Positions 23,499 through 36,173 of a stretch of 64,000 bases of DNA are shown piece by piece (positions within the stretch are counted from its first letter, which is position 1; each line of letters starts with the position of its first letter). The notes under the pieces were generated by a model. That model was given only the letters and a program-made list of their open reading frames with translations. It searched no databases and was not told the DNA's origin. The position numbers were made by a program, and so were the translations under genes. Source of the DNA: Microbotryum violaceum (taxonomy: Eukaryota); contig CDLV01000013.1 of the NCBI GenBank assembly GCA_001244265.2, positions 496,001 through 560,000 of the forward strand. The letters are read 5' to 3'.

Positions 23499-25148
23499 TC
23501 AGGACGTGCGAGTACCCACTGCAGTTGGCTTCCTTGCGATCCAAAATTCGCAGTCGTATGCAAACCTGCACCGGGCAAGATAGGGACTCAGCCTTAGAAA
23601 GCAACGACAATGGTCGAACACGGAAGGGGCTTACATGTACATTCCTGATTCATTTCACTCCGGTAACAGTTTCTGTTAGTACTTGAAGAAGTGTCTTGTA
23701 CTCCATGGCAAGCTCACCCTCTGTATCGGACGTGTACCGGGCTTCCTTGATCGTCTTGCGATCTTCGATCACGAAGCCGATCAGCTCGGCCAGTCGCACG
23801 ATGTCGTCCATCCTGCTCAGTGAACATGTTAGTTAGCGGCGAGCAATCAACGTCAATCCAAGTAGCAGGAGAACTGACGCAAGTGCCATTCTCGGTGTGC
23901 CATACCACAAGCAAGGTCCTTCGTTGATCCAGAGGCCCCCCGGCTTGAGCAGTCGCCAGATCATTTCGAGATACGAGACGATGTTGGACGCCTAGGGTTC
24001 ACTCGACATCTTCAGCACGCGATGATGGAATTGTGAATATCATTACATGATATGAACTCACAGTGTCGATGAAGAACAGCGTCGTGATGGCGTCGAACGA
24101 GGATGGCTCAGGAAAGAGACGCAAAAAGTCCCCTGACTTGAACTCGAGATCCGCATCCCTCGACGGCACGACGTCAGGGAACCGAGCACCGCGGATCATC
24201 GAGTCGGTTGATCGATGGTGCGAGAACGTGTGCAAGTAGGGGTGTACGATGTGTTCGTTTGTCCTCGTTGTGGCCTTGAAGATTAGGGATGCTCCGATGT
24301 TCATGAAATGAGAGTCTGAGCCAGTGAAGCGTAGCGTCGACGTCAGGACTCGGAATTAGGTGGAGCTCAACACGAAAGACTGACAATCATTCGCTGTCGC
24401 ATGAAAACCACTCAAAGCAGTTTCGTATGCTAACCGGGCGAGCCCCGACCCCGGAACGAGGACCCTAGGCTTCTCCCCACTCTTTATCCGTCCGCCGAAT
24501 TCAGTCGTGAGCGCATCAAGGATCGGGGGAAAGAGAGCATCACGTTCCGACTTTCCTTCCTCACTCCAATCTCGCACAAAGTGCTTGAGAACCTGCGTGA
24601 ATGCGAGCATGAGTTCTGAGCCAAAGTGATCTCGTCCGCCTTTGCCTGCTCAAAATCTCTCCCACCTCGATGACCCTGCCGTCTTGCCGGCTGAATCGAC
24701 TCCTGAACCCAAGCACTTCCCCCGTGCGCCTCGCCTCATCCAGCCCCAGCACGCCAAGGAGTTCGCATATCCGAGCGTTGACCGAGACGGCTTCCTCGAC
24801 CTTGTGTAGCTTGTTCTTCCACCCGAGCTTGTCCCCCAACGCTCGCTGCTTGCGAGGTAGGCGTTCGTACGACCGCCATCGCGGGTTCAGCGCTTGCGAC
24901 TGAGCGTGGTGGTAGTCGCTGAACGAGCGAACGGCGATGGCGAGATCGGACGGTGGACCGAGGTACGAAGGGAGTGGTATCCGTAGCAACATGCCTTCGA
25001 GTCGACTGCGAAATCGACTAAGCGTCCGCGTGGGCGGGAACAGGGCGAAGTAGCCGACGACGACAAAAATTAGAAGCGTGATGAAGAAGGACAGCATCGT
25101 CTGCTGCGGTTTGGGAGCCAGCCCCGGAGTAGCATCCTTGCTCCCCAT
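23499..25148 (-). CDS. N2227-like / carnosine N-methyltransferase-family SAM methyltransferase with an N-terminal hydrophobic segment
   Basis: LKHFVRDWSEEGKSER, VLVPGSGLARLAYE, IVHPYLHTFSH, GDFL, FDAITTLFFIDT|ASNIVSYLEMIWRLLKPGGLWINEGP; last exon FAYDCEFWIARK...S*. Confidence 0.88.
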
Positions 25149-25592
25149 CTCGATTGCTGCGTGTCGAATGCGGCTGCAGCGACTGGGCAACGTGGACGGT
25201 CCTGCGGAGGTCGATGCGACGCAGCGAGACCCACGCGCCGCAACGTGTCAGACGACCTCAGGCCGAGACCACTTTAGCAGACGAGGCCTGACGAGGCCTG
25301 AGGAGGTCTGACTTTGAGCCCGCCGTCATAGCGCAGGCGTACTGGTGAAGGGACCGCCGATGGTATGGGCTTGAGCTGGGTGCTAAGGAAAGGACAGAAG
25401 GACCGTTCCGTCGAGAGCGGCTCATGCACCTCGCTGCACCTCGGCAGTACCTCGGCTCTACCACCCGTGGGGCCGGAGCTTCGCGTCACGGTAAGTCCAG
25501 GCCGATCGGCCGCACGTGCATAGTTCGAAGACAATACAATTGCAAACAAACCCGGGAAGAAAATCCAAAAGTATTCCTGAACTTGGACGCGG

Positions 25593-28500
25593 TCAGACCC
25601 ACATCATCAGCAACTGCGACCGCCCCTCGTAGTCATTTCGCTCGTCCGAGATCTCCGGGATAGTTGGATAGTAAGGCACCAGCGCATCCTGGGCTCCCAT
25701 GTACAGCGACGAATAGATCTGCCAGTACACTTCTCGAACCCTTCGAGCTGGGTGCCACAGGCCTTGCATGATGTATGACAGCAAGACGCCGGGGCCGAGC
25801 GCAATCCGCATCGCCTCAATCGCATCAAGAACCGCTCCGATGACGTGTGGACTCGCTGTGGGTCGGGGGAGAGGTGAGAAGACCTTATCAGTAAATTCCC
25901 GAGCGGCTGGAATCAAATCAGCGGATGACTCACTTTCGAAGATGTTGGGCCAGAGTAGGTTGAGCAGATGCAAGCAAGCATCTTCATCACCGAGACCGGC
26001 CGTTCCGAGCGCCAAGTGCTTGACGATCGTGGCGGAGGTTTGTCGATGAACCAAGTCCCGATCTGTTAATGCGTCTTCGAGGCACGTCACCACGGAGTGG
26101 ATATAGTCCTTGCCCATCTCGCCAATGTACTCGAACAAAAACGACATGGCCTTCAAGCAGCCGTTCCGGACATTGAGTTCCGGGGTGCGGTACTCGTTGA
26201 GGATGGCGGGGATGCAGGTGAACGGTCCACACGTCTCGGCTACGATGGCGATCGCGACCGTACTACATACACGCGACTGTCGCTCCTGCACCCGCAAGTT
26301 GGTGAGCAGCACACTCAGCACGTCCTGGGGTCCGATGGCTTTGGCGATATAGCCAAACGAGTTGACGGCCGCGCGACGAATCGCCTTCTTGTGGGCCTTG
26401 AGCAGATCCAGCAGTTCGAAGCAGATTCGCATCCACTCGCGGGCTGAAACGAACTCCGCTCCACGATCAGCGATACGACCAATCAAGTTGATCGATGCTT
26501 CTTGCACCTTTTCGTGACGGTTGCGAAGAATGGGCGTCATTCGAGGCACTGCCAGAGAAACAAGCAAATATCCGCAAATTAGCAGATGAGCCACGGGTCT
26601 ACAGTTCGATATTGAGAGCAAGGACGTACATAGGTCCTTGACAGGTGGGCTCATTTGTGTCATACCCACAACGTTGGCAATAGCAGCAATTGCAGCGATG
26701 ATCGAACCGAGGGTGTCGGGGTACTCCTCACCGAGCTGTTCGAAGAGGACGACACCGAGCTTGGATAGGAGCGCATCCTCTTCGCACTGCTTGATGACGA
26801 CGGCAAGTTTCGTCGTCAAGTCGGCGGCTTGCTGGCGCACCTTTGCACTCTTGTTGTTGAGTCGCCACAGAATTGTCGAAACGATCTGGGTCAAGTAGGG
26901 CTTGACGCGAATGCCGAGCGCATTGACGACCGTGCCAAAGCCTTCGAGCATGACGTAATCCTCAGCCGACTGCTCTTGGAACGCGTAGATGATACCATCG
27001 ATCAACTGAACCTCGAGCCGCTCGTCGATATCTGCAGCTCCAAGACCGGCGACGACCTGTGTGATGATGTCCATCACCATCTTGCGATACGGCTCGCTCT
27101 CGTCCTTGAGATCATTCACAACGCGCCCCACAATTTCCGATACACCCGCCTTTTGTGCCAATTCCACCGTCGTTTCCACGACCTGTCGATAATTGCGGCG
27201 ATCGAGTGCCATCCGGCGCACCATGAAGTTCTTGAAGAACTCGGGCAGGATCTCCTCCTTGACGTAAGCCGGCTGAACTCCGTCCGTGCTCGCGCACTGC
27301 TTGACAACCTTGAGCACAATCTTCTTCATCTCCTCGTCGGGCGATTGGAACTCTCGGATGAGAATGACCATCACCTCACGGGTGTAGTAGTTGGCGTACT
27401 CAGGGTCCATCAGGGGGATGATGAAACCGATTGCTTTGAGGAAAGCGGCAAGACCTTTGCCTCGGTGCTTGCGAATACCCGTCCATAGCGGCTTGAGCAC
27501 GCTGTCGAACGACTCGATACCGTAAGGCGCCGCAGCCTCGGCAAGAGCAGCGATGCACAGCGCGGTCATCGTTCGCACCTTCTGCTGCTCGTCCTCGAGG
27601 CCATGCGCGACCGCTTCGACCAGATTCTTCAGGTGGGGCAACACCGCGCAGCCCATCATAATTGCGATCTGTTGGATGATCTTGATACCCGTGTGGCGAG
27701 CTTGCCAAGACTTTTTGGACCGGCAGACGGCCTTCAGGAAAGGCAACAGGGAGGGAATACCAAGCGCGCTGGCAACGACGGAAAAGGCGCGAGCGGTGGT
27801 GTTGCGCACGTATTCGTCGGCGTGGTCGATGTCGGGTCGCATCGTCGAAATCATGTGAGCCAGTCCAGCTGCCTTGGAGAGGTTACTGATGATCTCACGA
27901 CCCTCGACACGGGCATAGTAGTCCTCGTCGATGAGCAAAGGCTCGATGACGACCAGGATTTTGTGCACGTAGGGTCGGACGAGATCGTCGAGCTTGTATA
28001 GGACGCGATCAATGACCTTGACGAGCAAGTGTCGCTCCTGATCCTCGAGTGTTCGCTCCATCAGCAGCGGCAAGATCTTGTCGAAGAGGGGGCCTGCACC
28101 GAACTCGCGCGCCTTGTCGGTGATCTGTCGCAAAGCCGTCTTTCGCATCGGCGGGGTGCCGTTCTTAATCTTGAGCAACAAGCGCATAATCTTGCGCTCC
28201 TTGAGCTCCTCGATCGAGAGTTCGCTCTCATCCTGGTCACCCAAAATCTGTGGAACACGAGCAGCAGAATAAGCAGACCGTTTGCTGGCACGAATTTCGG
28301 TGTGAAGCTTACCTTGGCAAAGTAAGTCGCATCTTCTTGCTTGAAGAATTGAAGATCTCCGACGCCTGCAATCTCGGTCGGCAATTCCTGGGTAATACCC
28401 AGCATGGAAGCACTCGCCGCATCCTCTTGCATGATGAAGCCGCCGCCGTTCATCGCCATCGGGGTCTCTTGCAGCTTGCGTGCCGGTGTTCGGATCGGTG

Positions 28501-29661
28501 CATATCCTGCTGGCGGGTCGACAATCTCGTAGCCCTCGGTCGGGAGCATTTGGTTCAGCTCTTCATCCGAGAGGTACCGGTTGCGAGGGTCAATGAGTTG
28601 GCCTGCTCCAGGGATCGAGGCATTGCTACCGGTCGCGCCTTTGAAAGGGGTCATGGCCCCATAGAGACCTGCAGCATTTGGAGTCTGTGCCACGCCCACC
28701 GGCGTTTGGTCCCACCGAGATCGTCGTGGCGTTTCCCCCGGCGCTCCACTGCCGGCCGTCGCCGCTTGCGCAGGAGTCTCGTCCCACCTCGAACGCTTCT
28801 TCTTGGGAGCGGCGGCGGCGGCAGCAGCCTCCTTTCCTTGAGTGTTGATATCGTCCCACTCGCCACTGCGCTTGGTACCACCGGACTCGAGGGCATCGAC
28901 CATGCTGGCGCGGGGCCGATCGTCTTCGTCGACGTCCCAGCTCTGCCGCCCTCGTGGGGTTTCATCGGGCGCGGTGACTGCATTCTCCGTCGATTCCGAC
29001 GTTCCAGCAACAGCAGCCTCTTCTTGCTTCTTTTGGATTGCTCTCTGAACCCGTTGTTCCTCTCGCTCGATTTCGGCGCGACGCATCTGGTCGGCGTAGG
29101 TCGTCGACTCGTCGTCGCCACCCGTCTTGGGCGCGTCGTCCATGGCGAACGCATCCGCCTGCACCGCCGATTCTCGATTGAAACGCCTGGCGTGGTACTC
29201 TGATTGGCGTGACGCAACTTGTCGGGATTTGGCCGTCGCCGCGAATGGATCCTCGGCGTCGTCGTCAGCGAACTCGTTGATCAGATGCTTCGGTGCGGTG
29301 ACTGCGAGGGCAGAGACGATGATACAACTTCAAAGTCAGTCAAGACCTCTCATACAGAGACAAGTTGGTGTGTCTATCGCCACTCACATGAATCGAGCAG
29401 ACGAACGGGCTTGGGGTTGCCGTACTCGTCGAGCTGCTCGTCATCCTCGTTCCTCGACGGCCCCGCGGAGATGCTGAGGTCGTGTTTGGCGAATCGAGAC
29501 CCCTTGGACGCTCCATCGTAGACGTCGAGGTCCATCGAGACGGAGCTCATCGACACCTTGTTGGACTCTGACTCGGGGCGTTGGGTCGCCTGTGCGGCTC
29601 GCTTGGCCTCGCGGCGTGCAGCCTGCGCAGCGCGGATCTCGTCCGCAGCGGAGTCACTCAT
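25593..29661 (-). CDS. SF3B1: Splicing factor 3B subunit 1 (SF3B1/Hsh155/Prp10)
   Basis: N-terminal RWDETP/RWDQTP repeats, [15 protein letters not shown], then HEAT repeats ([21 protein letters not shown]...[13 protein letters not shown]...[12 protein letters not shown]). Introns at 29302-29387, 28248-28312, 26549-26629 and 25856-25933. Confidence 0.97.
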
Positions 29662-31043
29662 CGTAGGGGCTTGGATAATCTTGCGTTGGTCTTTGTACTT
29701 GGACAGAGGATGAGGCTGGGGCGCAGAGGGGCCGTGTAGGGGCGCTGCTCGTTGTGATGCGGGGGAGTTCGATCCGGCTGACTCGCTGCGACGCGAGCGA
29801 CAATCGCAAAGACGGTAGCCTCTGTGAGAGCGTGTACGGGATCTGGATCGGAGGACTGAGAAGCGCGCTCGCTGTTGTGGAAGGTGCGGACGCAAGTGCA
29901 CGCAGGTGGGCTGAGAAAGAGGGGTCGTGCCAGGAGCGCGCGCTTGCAGCTGTCGGGTGTGCTGCCCGCCTGAGCCAGCCTGAGCCAGCCTGGCGAGGCC
30001 TGGCGCCTGGCGCCTGGCACAGCACTGGCACAACTTGGCACAGCGGCCCCTACGGGAAATCCGACGCGACTGCAGTTGACCGTGGTGATTTTAAAAGGGG
30101 GATTCGCTGAGACATCGACTTATTCCCTTCACTTAGCCCTGAAGAATATTCAAAACAAGCTTGGTGCTTGAGACGACCCGGCCCCGGCCACCCTTCGCTC
30201 GCCGATGCCCCGATCCCGACCAACCTAATCTCGAACTCTCTTGCGCGGCCCGGTGCCAAGCCTGGTGGAAAAATCTATACATATCAGATACTATACAGAG
30301 TGTTGCTCTCTTGTCGGGCTCCCTCAGTTTCCTTACATATACTCTCAGCCTCATGAATGAAGGCGAAACCGGACTGTCGATACCAACTGCATTCACATGG
30401 GCTATGCCTGGCACGGTTGCTACCCAAACTCTTGCAGCTGAACTTCCGCGAAAGGACCACAGATAAGATGTAGAATTTTCCGTGAAACAAAAGCTTGGGC
30501 CAGTAGCCCTGTTCGCGCCATCGGATCCTTTCCGCAATATCTCGCCGCGCAAGGTTGCCGCCGCACCTCGAGTATTCTGTCCCGGCCGCTTCCATCTTGG
30601 AATGGTGAGGACGGAATCGCTGCAGGGCCTGCTCCTCGATTTCGGGAAGGGCGGAAATCTGAGCTTGCGGCAAATTTCCTCGCGTGCGCGGGAAAGGGGC
30701 GGGGGGGGGGGGGGCAGACTGTGATAGGAGTCGGATGGCGCGTGTTACGAGTTCTTCCTGACCTGAGCACGCACCGCTGACGCATGGGTAATTAGTTGCT
30801 GGCTGCGCGATCACATCCCAATCTCACTCTCAATCCTCTGGCCAAACATTCATCCTTTATTCTCAAATCCTCACCTATCCTCACCCAGTCTCGTCGGGGC
30901 ACGGCATTTCACCTTTTTCACCTTGCCGCATGCACCCCCTGTCCTTGGCCTTCAGTTACTTCGGCCCAACCAAACCTGAGGGTATCCGAGATCCCTTGCA
31001 ATCTCCCTAGTCTAAATATAGTCCTGAATATAGTCTAGAGCCT

Positions 31044-31495
31044 TACCTGTCTGCGAGGGCTGTCATACCGCGTAACTACTACGACGCCGTCTCGGCTCAC
31101 GCCAGCGGCGCCAGATCTGAGCTGCTGAAGTGGCATTCCCTACTAGTAATGATCCTGTCAGCGCTCAGTAAGGGGTACCGGGTAAATGAGCGCAGAAGCC
31201 GTATTTCCTTTGATAGGTGATTGTGATTTGACGGGAGCTTTTCACATTCCAGGTAGATATAATTAGCCACCTGCCCACTGTCGGCAACGTGACTGAGGTG
31301 GAGGCTAGCACCGACCGTAAGATGCGCTGACCTGCCAGGTGCGGTCGCCTGCCAGGTACAACCTGTCAGCTCTGTCAGGCCGACAGCACATTCTCAAAGT
31401 GAGTGAGTGAGCCCCGCCGCCTGCCTGCCTGCCTGCCGACCGTACCTGAAGTACAACCTAGTACAACCTGGGTACCTACTTGCCCAGGTAGCTGG
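31044..31495. repeat. Cluster of CAGGT/ACCTG and GTACAACCT short repeats in intergenic DNA
   Basis: GTACAACCT at about 31356, 31451 and 31461; near-palindrome CAGGT-ACA-ACCTG at 31353-31365; several further CAGGT/ACCTG copies and a (GCCT)n run. Confidence 0.5.
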
Positions 31496-31962
31496 GAGCT
31501 CGGTTCTTAAAAAAAATTGTAAAGCATTCGCATCGCCCCTGTCAAACCAGGCAGGAAGCCAGGAGGTCCGAGCCGTGGTTCTGCTCGGCTACAGGCCTCC
31601 AGCGCCAGATCTCGGGCCTCGATTATGGCCTCTCGAGGCATGAAGTGCACGCGCCACACGCGCGCTCGGGGAGCAGCTGAGGGCGGGGGCCTGGGCTGAT
31701 CAGATGGGCTTACTGGGCGGTATTTCCCCGAGACCGTTGCACAAGGATTAGGGTAAAGAAACGATCGAAATCCCTACCACCGGCGGTGAAGCCGGGCTCA
31801 GGCTCGTGCACTGTGCATTTCCCTTTTGTTTCACTTCTCAGCCGTAGAAGGTGCTCACTACTACTGCTAGGATCACGTTCCACGGTCCACCCTGAAAAGT
31901 CTAGCAGGCTATCCTTGCTTTCTGGTTGTTCCCTCACACTCCCCCATCCCCTCAGCGCGACC

Positions 31963-34025
31963 ATGACCAACATGTTGTCTCGATGCGTCACGGTCCTTCT
32001 GGGCTTGTTGATCGTCAACGCTGTAGCAGCTGAAGAAATTTTGTAAGTGTCCCCTTTCTGAAATCGCCTCTCGTCGCCCGCGCCGGTTCGAAATTGGCAT
32101 TCCCGCTAGTCGCGGATCGAAATTCGAACGTAAAGCTGACCTCGACCAATTCACACGACACAGCGGTCAATACTGGCCTGCATATGGAACGCAAAAGCCT
32201 ACCTCGCTCGACTGGTCTGTGACGGACATTGGCTACTACTTCGGTGAGTGCGCGACCGTTGAGTGACGGGGACGCGACTCTGCCGCACGCGCGCGCGCCA
32301 TCATTCGACGAGATAACCGGCGCGTCGTGCCATGTAGGCGTGTCAAAACGCGCGGATGGATGCTCATCAGTTCTCCGCCTATTTTTTCTTTGCATAGTGA
32401 CTGTTACCAACAGCACCGGCTTTGCGGTCCCAAAGATCAACCCGAAGCCGATATCAAGACGTTTGTTACGACCGCACACAAGCGTGAGTCGGAGACCGAC
32501 CGATTGATTTGAGGACGCGGGCGGCGCGTGCACGAGCGTTAGCGCGAGATGCACGCGCCCCAAGGGCCTCGCCGGGCCGCACACCGGTGACAATGAGCAA
32601 CTCCTAACAAGGCGTGACCGGCGCGAACGTTTCCGGATCTGTCCCTTCACAGACCGAAGAAAGGCCGTGTTTTCTGTTGGCGGGTGGACCGGATCGAGGT
32701 ACTTCTCCGACCTAGGTTAGTCCAAGAGCTATCGACTCCCTCACTACTTTCATGGAGCGACCTCAGCTCGAGTCGGAATTCGGATCTGACGCACCCCTTC
32801 TCGACGGCAGTCGCGACCGCTTCCAACCGCGCCGCCTTTACGGCTTCCGTTTTGTCATTCGTCAAGAAGTACAACTTCGATGGTGTTGACCTTGTAAGGC
32901 GCTTCGTGCTAGCCTGCATCAAGCTGTCCTTCCGTGCGCAGTCCGAAATTTAGGCTGATCAGTTTTGTTCGCACGCCTAGGACTGGGAGTATCCAGGATC
33001 GCAAGGCATCGGGTGCAACAAAGTCCGCCCCGCAGACTCGGCCAACTTCCTCTCACTCCTCAAGACGCTGCGCGTCGCGCTCCCGAAGCCTTACCTCATC
33101 ACTATGGCCATCGGCACGCAGGGGCTCATCGGTCCCAACGGAGCTCCGCTTCCCGACATGCGCCCCTACTCGAAGATTCTTGACTACATGAATCTCATGA
33201 CGTACGATATCGGTGGAAACTGGAGCCCTACCTCCGGACCCAACGCTCCCTTCAGAACATGCAACAGTGACACGAGCGTCTTGCAAGTCGTTCAAACCTT
33301 TAAGAAAGCTGGTGTCCCCGTTGAGAAGATGGTCGTCGGCATCCCATCCTACGCTCACTCGTACAAGCTCAAGTCATCCACATTGAAGAAGCAAAAGATC
33401 GGCCGATGGACGTCTCAGGTCTACCAGAACAAGACGAGCACGATCCCCAAGGGTGACAAATCCGACTCGAATGCTCCCACGCCCGACGTCTGCAATAAGC
33501 GTTCGGCTGCCTACAGCGGATCATGGACCTACAACAGTCTCATCTCGGAGGGAGTAAGCTGATCGGATCTTTTGGCGCCTCGGAGTGGTACCTACCAAGC
33601 TGACTTTGGATCCACTCGGTGTTTCCTAGCTCCTTTCCGCAGATGGCTCGAAAGGCTTGAAGGGTTACACCCGTCGTTATGATTATTGTACGGAAACCCC
33701 ATTCCTGTTCAACCCCAAGACGAAAATCATGATCAATTACGAGGATGGACAATCCGCTTCAGCCAAGATTGTGAGTTGCTTGTTCTGTGGCGTGGCTCCC
33801 ATAAATGATCTTGTCTGAACGCTCCGGACTGTTCTCACTCCTTTCTCAGGGCTATGTCACCGAGGAGTTCCTCGCAGGCGTATTCGTCTTTGACTCGACT
33901 GGGTTCAACCGCGACGGTAAGCTGTTTTCGACTCCCTCTGCACTCTGCTTGTGGTGGCCTAAACCGCTGGTTCTCGTCCCACAGTGCTCAAGACGATCCG
34001 CTCTGCTCTCGACGTCAACACCTAA
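31963..34025 (+). CDS. Secreted GH18 chitinase; one apparent -1 frameshift near 32430
   Basis: Signal peptide MTNMLSRCVTVLLGLLIVNAVAA; GQYWPAY; VFSVGGWTGSRYFS; catalytic motif FDGVDL|DWEYPG; NLMTYDI; VVGIPSY; TPFLFNP. Stop TAA at 34023-34025. Exon 3 joins the next exon in phase only if one base is added in GTCCCAAAG. Confidence 0.85.
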
Positions 34026-34388
34026 GTCTGCGCCTGATCTATTTATCACGGGTCAAAGCTAGTTCGTAATGAGTACTTCAGGTAGTCTCGGTTTCGATAA
34101 GGTTTTGAGGCCCTCGTTTGTTTTCTTCCTTCGAGATTCACTATACCCTACATACCCTATCAAGCGTCTAGTCGTCACCGCCCGGAAGTCCTTGAGCTTC
34201 TCTGCAGCACGTAGCGGCGACATGTATGCAATCTGACGAAACATCGTATTGTCTTGGAATGCTCACGGAGTGACGTCAAACGCTTTCCACATAAGTATAC
34301 TTACAACAGCATCGTACGAAAAAAGAAAAGAAAAAAAACTCTGTTGAAATTCTCCCGCAGCAAAGGTAAAACCGGCCCCCAGGTTCGT

Positions 34389-35821
34389 TCACTTCTTCCA
34401 GCCGGTGGCCCCACGACCGCCCTTCTCCGACTGGAGCTCGCGATGTCGGTCCTTCATCATCCTCGCGAGAATGATGACGACTTTCTCGTCTGCGCTGACG
34501 CTCGTCGTCCGACCGGCACCGCCACCTATGCTGATTCGCGACACAGGCGCTGCCGAAGGTCCGCCCTGTGAACCCGTCGACGAGGGGCTGGTCGCTTGTG
34601 CCGACGCCTCCAATTGGTTCCACAGCTCGTACAGCGATATCACGTCCTGTACTATTTCGAGTATAAGCGAATGGTCGACTTGAAGCGAGGCCAGGAAGGT
34701 GATGGCATCGGTTCGACCTCCGACGGTGGGCACGGTCGTAGCCACGGTCGAAGAAGTCGTCGCGTGGGCCCTGGGGGCAGCCGAAGGAGCGACATCGGTT
34801 GATCGCCGACGTGTTCGAGAAGCTGGTCCAGAGATGCTCGGATCTTTCAAATTGGTAGAGGCGGTCTCTTTGACCACGGAGGATGGCGGATGGAGGGAGA
34901 AGGCGAGATAGATGGCAGCTAGAGCGATCAGATGGGGAGGATGAACGAGACATAGCGATGATCGAAAGGTGTCGTTAATGATGAACCTGTGAGAGTATAG
35001 GTGATATGAGTCATCGTTCCGACAAGCTCCTTGTCAGCCGCATTCGATTCTTTAACCCACCAAGCCATCTGTAGCGCCGGTTCATCCATCTCGAGCATCG
35101 CCTGTCGGTTCAGTCGTCCCTGTTCGCCTCCTGCGGATGGGCCGCCATCTCTTCCACATAGCTGAACCAAGGATCGATAAGGGTGGAACACGATGAGGTG
35201 AAAGTCGAGTTCCTCGATCAGGTAAAACTCCATCTCGGCCAGTTTGGTGTTGTCGCTGGGAAAGGCGAGACCCATGTCTGAGACACGAGGCATCCTCTCA
35301 TGATCAGTCGAAAGCCTATACGGATGGAATCAGAGCCTCCAGAAACGAACCATGAAAAACCATCTTGGCCTCTGCGACGGCACTCTTGACGTGCACCGGG
35401 GTCTCCTCGGCCTTGGCGGCGACGTAGCAGCACGCCGCGGCGACGAGCGCACAGTCGGTGTCACAGTAGGCGTTGCGCAGGTAGAAGCGTCGAAAATAAA
35501 CGATGGCGGTGGCTATGACCTGCTGGCGTAGACCGAGGCGCTTGCACAACTTTTGAATGACTGTGTTCGGGTCCGGGATGCGGCACGGGGCGCCGAGGAC
35601 GAGGGCGAGGGATTGGAAGTGGGTGGTCAAGTCAGACCAAGAGCCTGAGAAGTGTAACCGATATCAAAACATGAAGACTCGCCTGATCCAGACCATATTT
35701 CGACCCATGCGATCTCCTGTTCTGTGGCGTGGCGCAGATCGTCGACGCGGGCCGCGAGCAGTGCCGAGCGCGGGTGCAGATGGTAGTTGGCATGCGACGA
35801 CAAGTAGAAATTGGCGGCCAT
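34389..35821 (-). CDS. SSN8: Cyclin C (Mediator kinase module, Ssn8/Srb11)
   Basis: MAANFYLSSH; LGLRQQVIATAIVYFRRFYLRN; CCYVAAKAEETPVHVKS; LAEMEFYLIEELDFHLIVFHPYRSL. Confidence 0.93.
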
Positions 35822-36173
35822 CCAGTACGAGCGCCAACGAAGAAGGGGACGCTCAGAAGAGGACACACGAAATGGGTGACTAGAGGTGATGGAGCGTAGG
35901 GTGTGGCACGAGCGCAAGAGCCGAGCGCTGAGCCGGGCACTTGGCGTTGAGCTCCACTTTCCAGGCTCGTTAAGTGGCTCGTCGGGCCGTCAGCGCGTGA
36001 CTCTGCGCGCAAACGTCACCGCATCACCGACCGACCGCGTGTTGAAAGGACTGTCCCAGTACTGTCCCTCCCGCTCTACGCGCTTGACACCGGCTCTCTT
36101 ATCTCGTCCTACCTCACCAGTAAACGGCCCTTACCACTCTTATCTCAGCAAGCCAACGAAGCTGGACTCCAAC

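Noticed and set aside
26200-27830. SF3B1 cancer-hotspot or splicing-inhibitor-resistance substitutions
   Set aside because: The equivalent motifs ([34 protein letters not shown]) look wild type.
30133-30814. Minus-strand ORFs in the SF3B1-chitinase intergenic region
   Set aside because: No recognisable domain and they include a long G homopolymer; unsupported.
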